A DNA stretch of 37,883 nt, from NCBI GenBank assembly GCA_036703105.1, contig DATNPU010000138.1, positions 1 through 37,883 of the forward strand. Direction: 5' to 3'. This document shows, piece by piece, positions 37,310-37,883 of the stretch; within the stretch, counting starts at the first letter, position 1; each line of letters starts with the position of its first letter. The notes under the pieces are model-generated. The model saw only the letters and a list, made by a program, of their open reading frames with translations, searched no databases and was not told the DNA's origin. The translations under genes and the position numbers were made by a program. The stretch comes from Microcoleaceae cyanobacterium (GTDB taxonomy: Bacteria > Cyanobacteriota > Cyanobacteriia > Leptolyngbyales > Leptolyngbyaceae).

Positions 37310-37883
37310 TTAGGAGATGGACGAAGAGTCAATTCTGTCATCGTAATTGGCAACCTGGATCAAGTGGTTGCTTAAGTGCAGGAACCGTAGTGTTAAAACT
37401 ACTGCCGCGACCATTAAGCCGATCGCCAATCCCCACCACAAACCGACACCTGCAAAGCCCAACGGGATGCCTAGCATATAACCAGTGGTTAACCCAATAC
37501 ACCAGTAAGCGAAAACCCCGATCGCCATTGGAATCCGTGTATCCTTCAGTCCTCGCAAGGCCCCGGCTGCGGTCACTTGTAAGCCATCCACAATTTGAAA
37601 TACAGCCGCCACACCTAACAACCGCTTAGCCAGACTGACAACCGCACGATTAGCAGGCGCATTCACATCCAAATACAACGCCACAATTCGGTCAGGCACT
37701 AACCAAAACAGCAGACCCATCATCGCCATGAACAATCCACCCAAACCAATCCCAACCAGGCCAGCGAGACGCATCCCTTGCACATCTCCCTGTCCGCCCA
37801 ACTGTCCCACGCGAACAGTCGTTGCAAAAGAAATCCCTAAGGCTCCTGTGAACGTAATAGCGGCTGTTTGCAGAGCAATTTGG
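37310..37883 (-). CDS. MATE (NorM-like) efflux transporter, C-terminal part (5' end outside the window)
   Basis: TTVRVGQ.LG, AAVFQIVDGLQVTAAGALRGLKDTRIP and GVGLWWGL motifs; the frame stays open to the window edge. Confidence 0.92.
   Translation of the reverse strand, partial: QIALQTAAITFTGALGISFATTVRVGQLGGQGDVQGMRLAGLVGIGLGGLFMAMMGLLFWLVPDRIVALYLDVNAPANRAVVSLAKRLLGVAAVFQIVDGLQVTAAGALRGLKDTRIPMAIGVFAYWCIGLTTGYMLGIPLGFAGVGLWWGLAIGLMVAAVVLTLRFLHLSNHLIQVANYDDRIDSSSIS

Noticed and set aside
891-37629. Numerous 60-135 aa ORFs overlapping larger genes (e.g. 2789-3115, 12765-13160, 14843-15229, 17349-17693, 23921-24328)
   Set aside because: They are antisense or out-of-frame shadows of well-supported CDSs and have no recognisable motifs.
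1-37883. Frequent GCGATCGC/CGATCG occurrences as a special repeat
   Set aside because: This is HIP1, the ordinary highly iterated palindrome of cyanobacterial genomes.

Overview
Cyanobacterial chromosomal segment: HIP1 GCGATCGC octamers are frequent and the gene families are cyanobacterial. It holds four sensor histidine kinases, a REP-associated tyrosine transposase (RAYT), a SNF2-SWIM pair, hslO, padR with a divergent RND efflux operon, several envelope and stress genes, a truncated LeuA-like enzyme, a GNAT and a partial MATE transporter. One kinase carries a DXCF and a far-red-type cyanobacteriochrome GAF domain. The main unexplained structure is at about 13.05-17.15 kb: five short, unrelated, co-oriented genes plus one ORF-less unit, each followed by an attC-like hairpin (RYYYAAC...GTTRRRY, with extrahelical bases in the best-preserved sites). 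This reads as an integron-type cassette array with no integrase in the window (CALIN), and its core sites show signs of real cassette shuffling. The RAYT also carries REP doublets inside its own reading frame, and a related REP-like doublet sits in the empty cassette. All calls come from reading the sequence by eye; no database searches were run.
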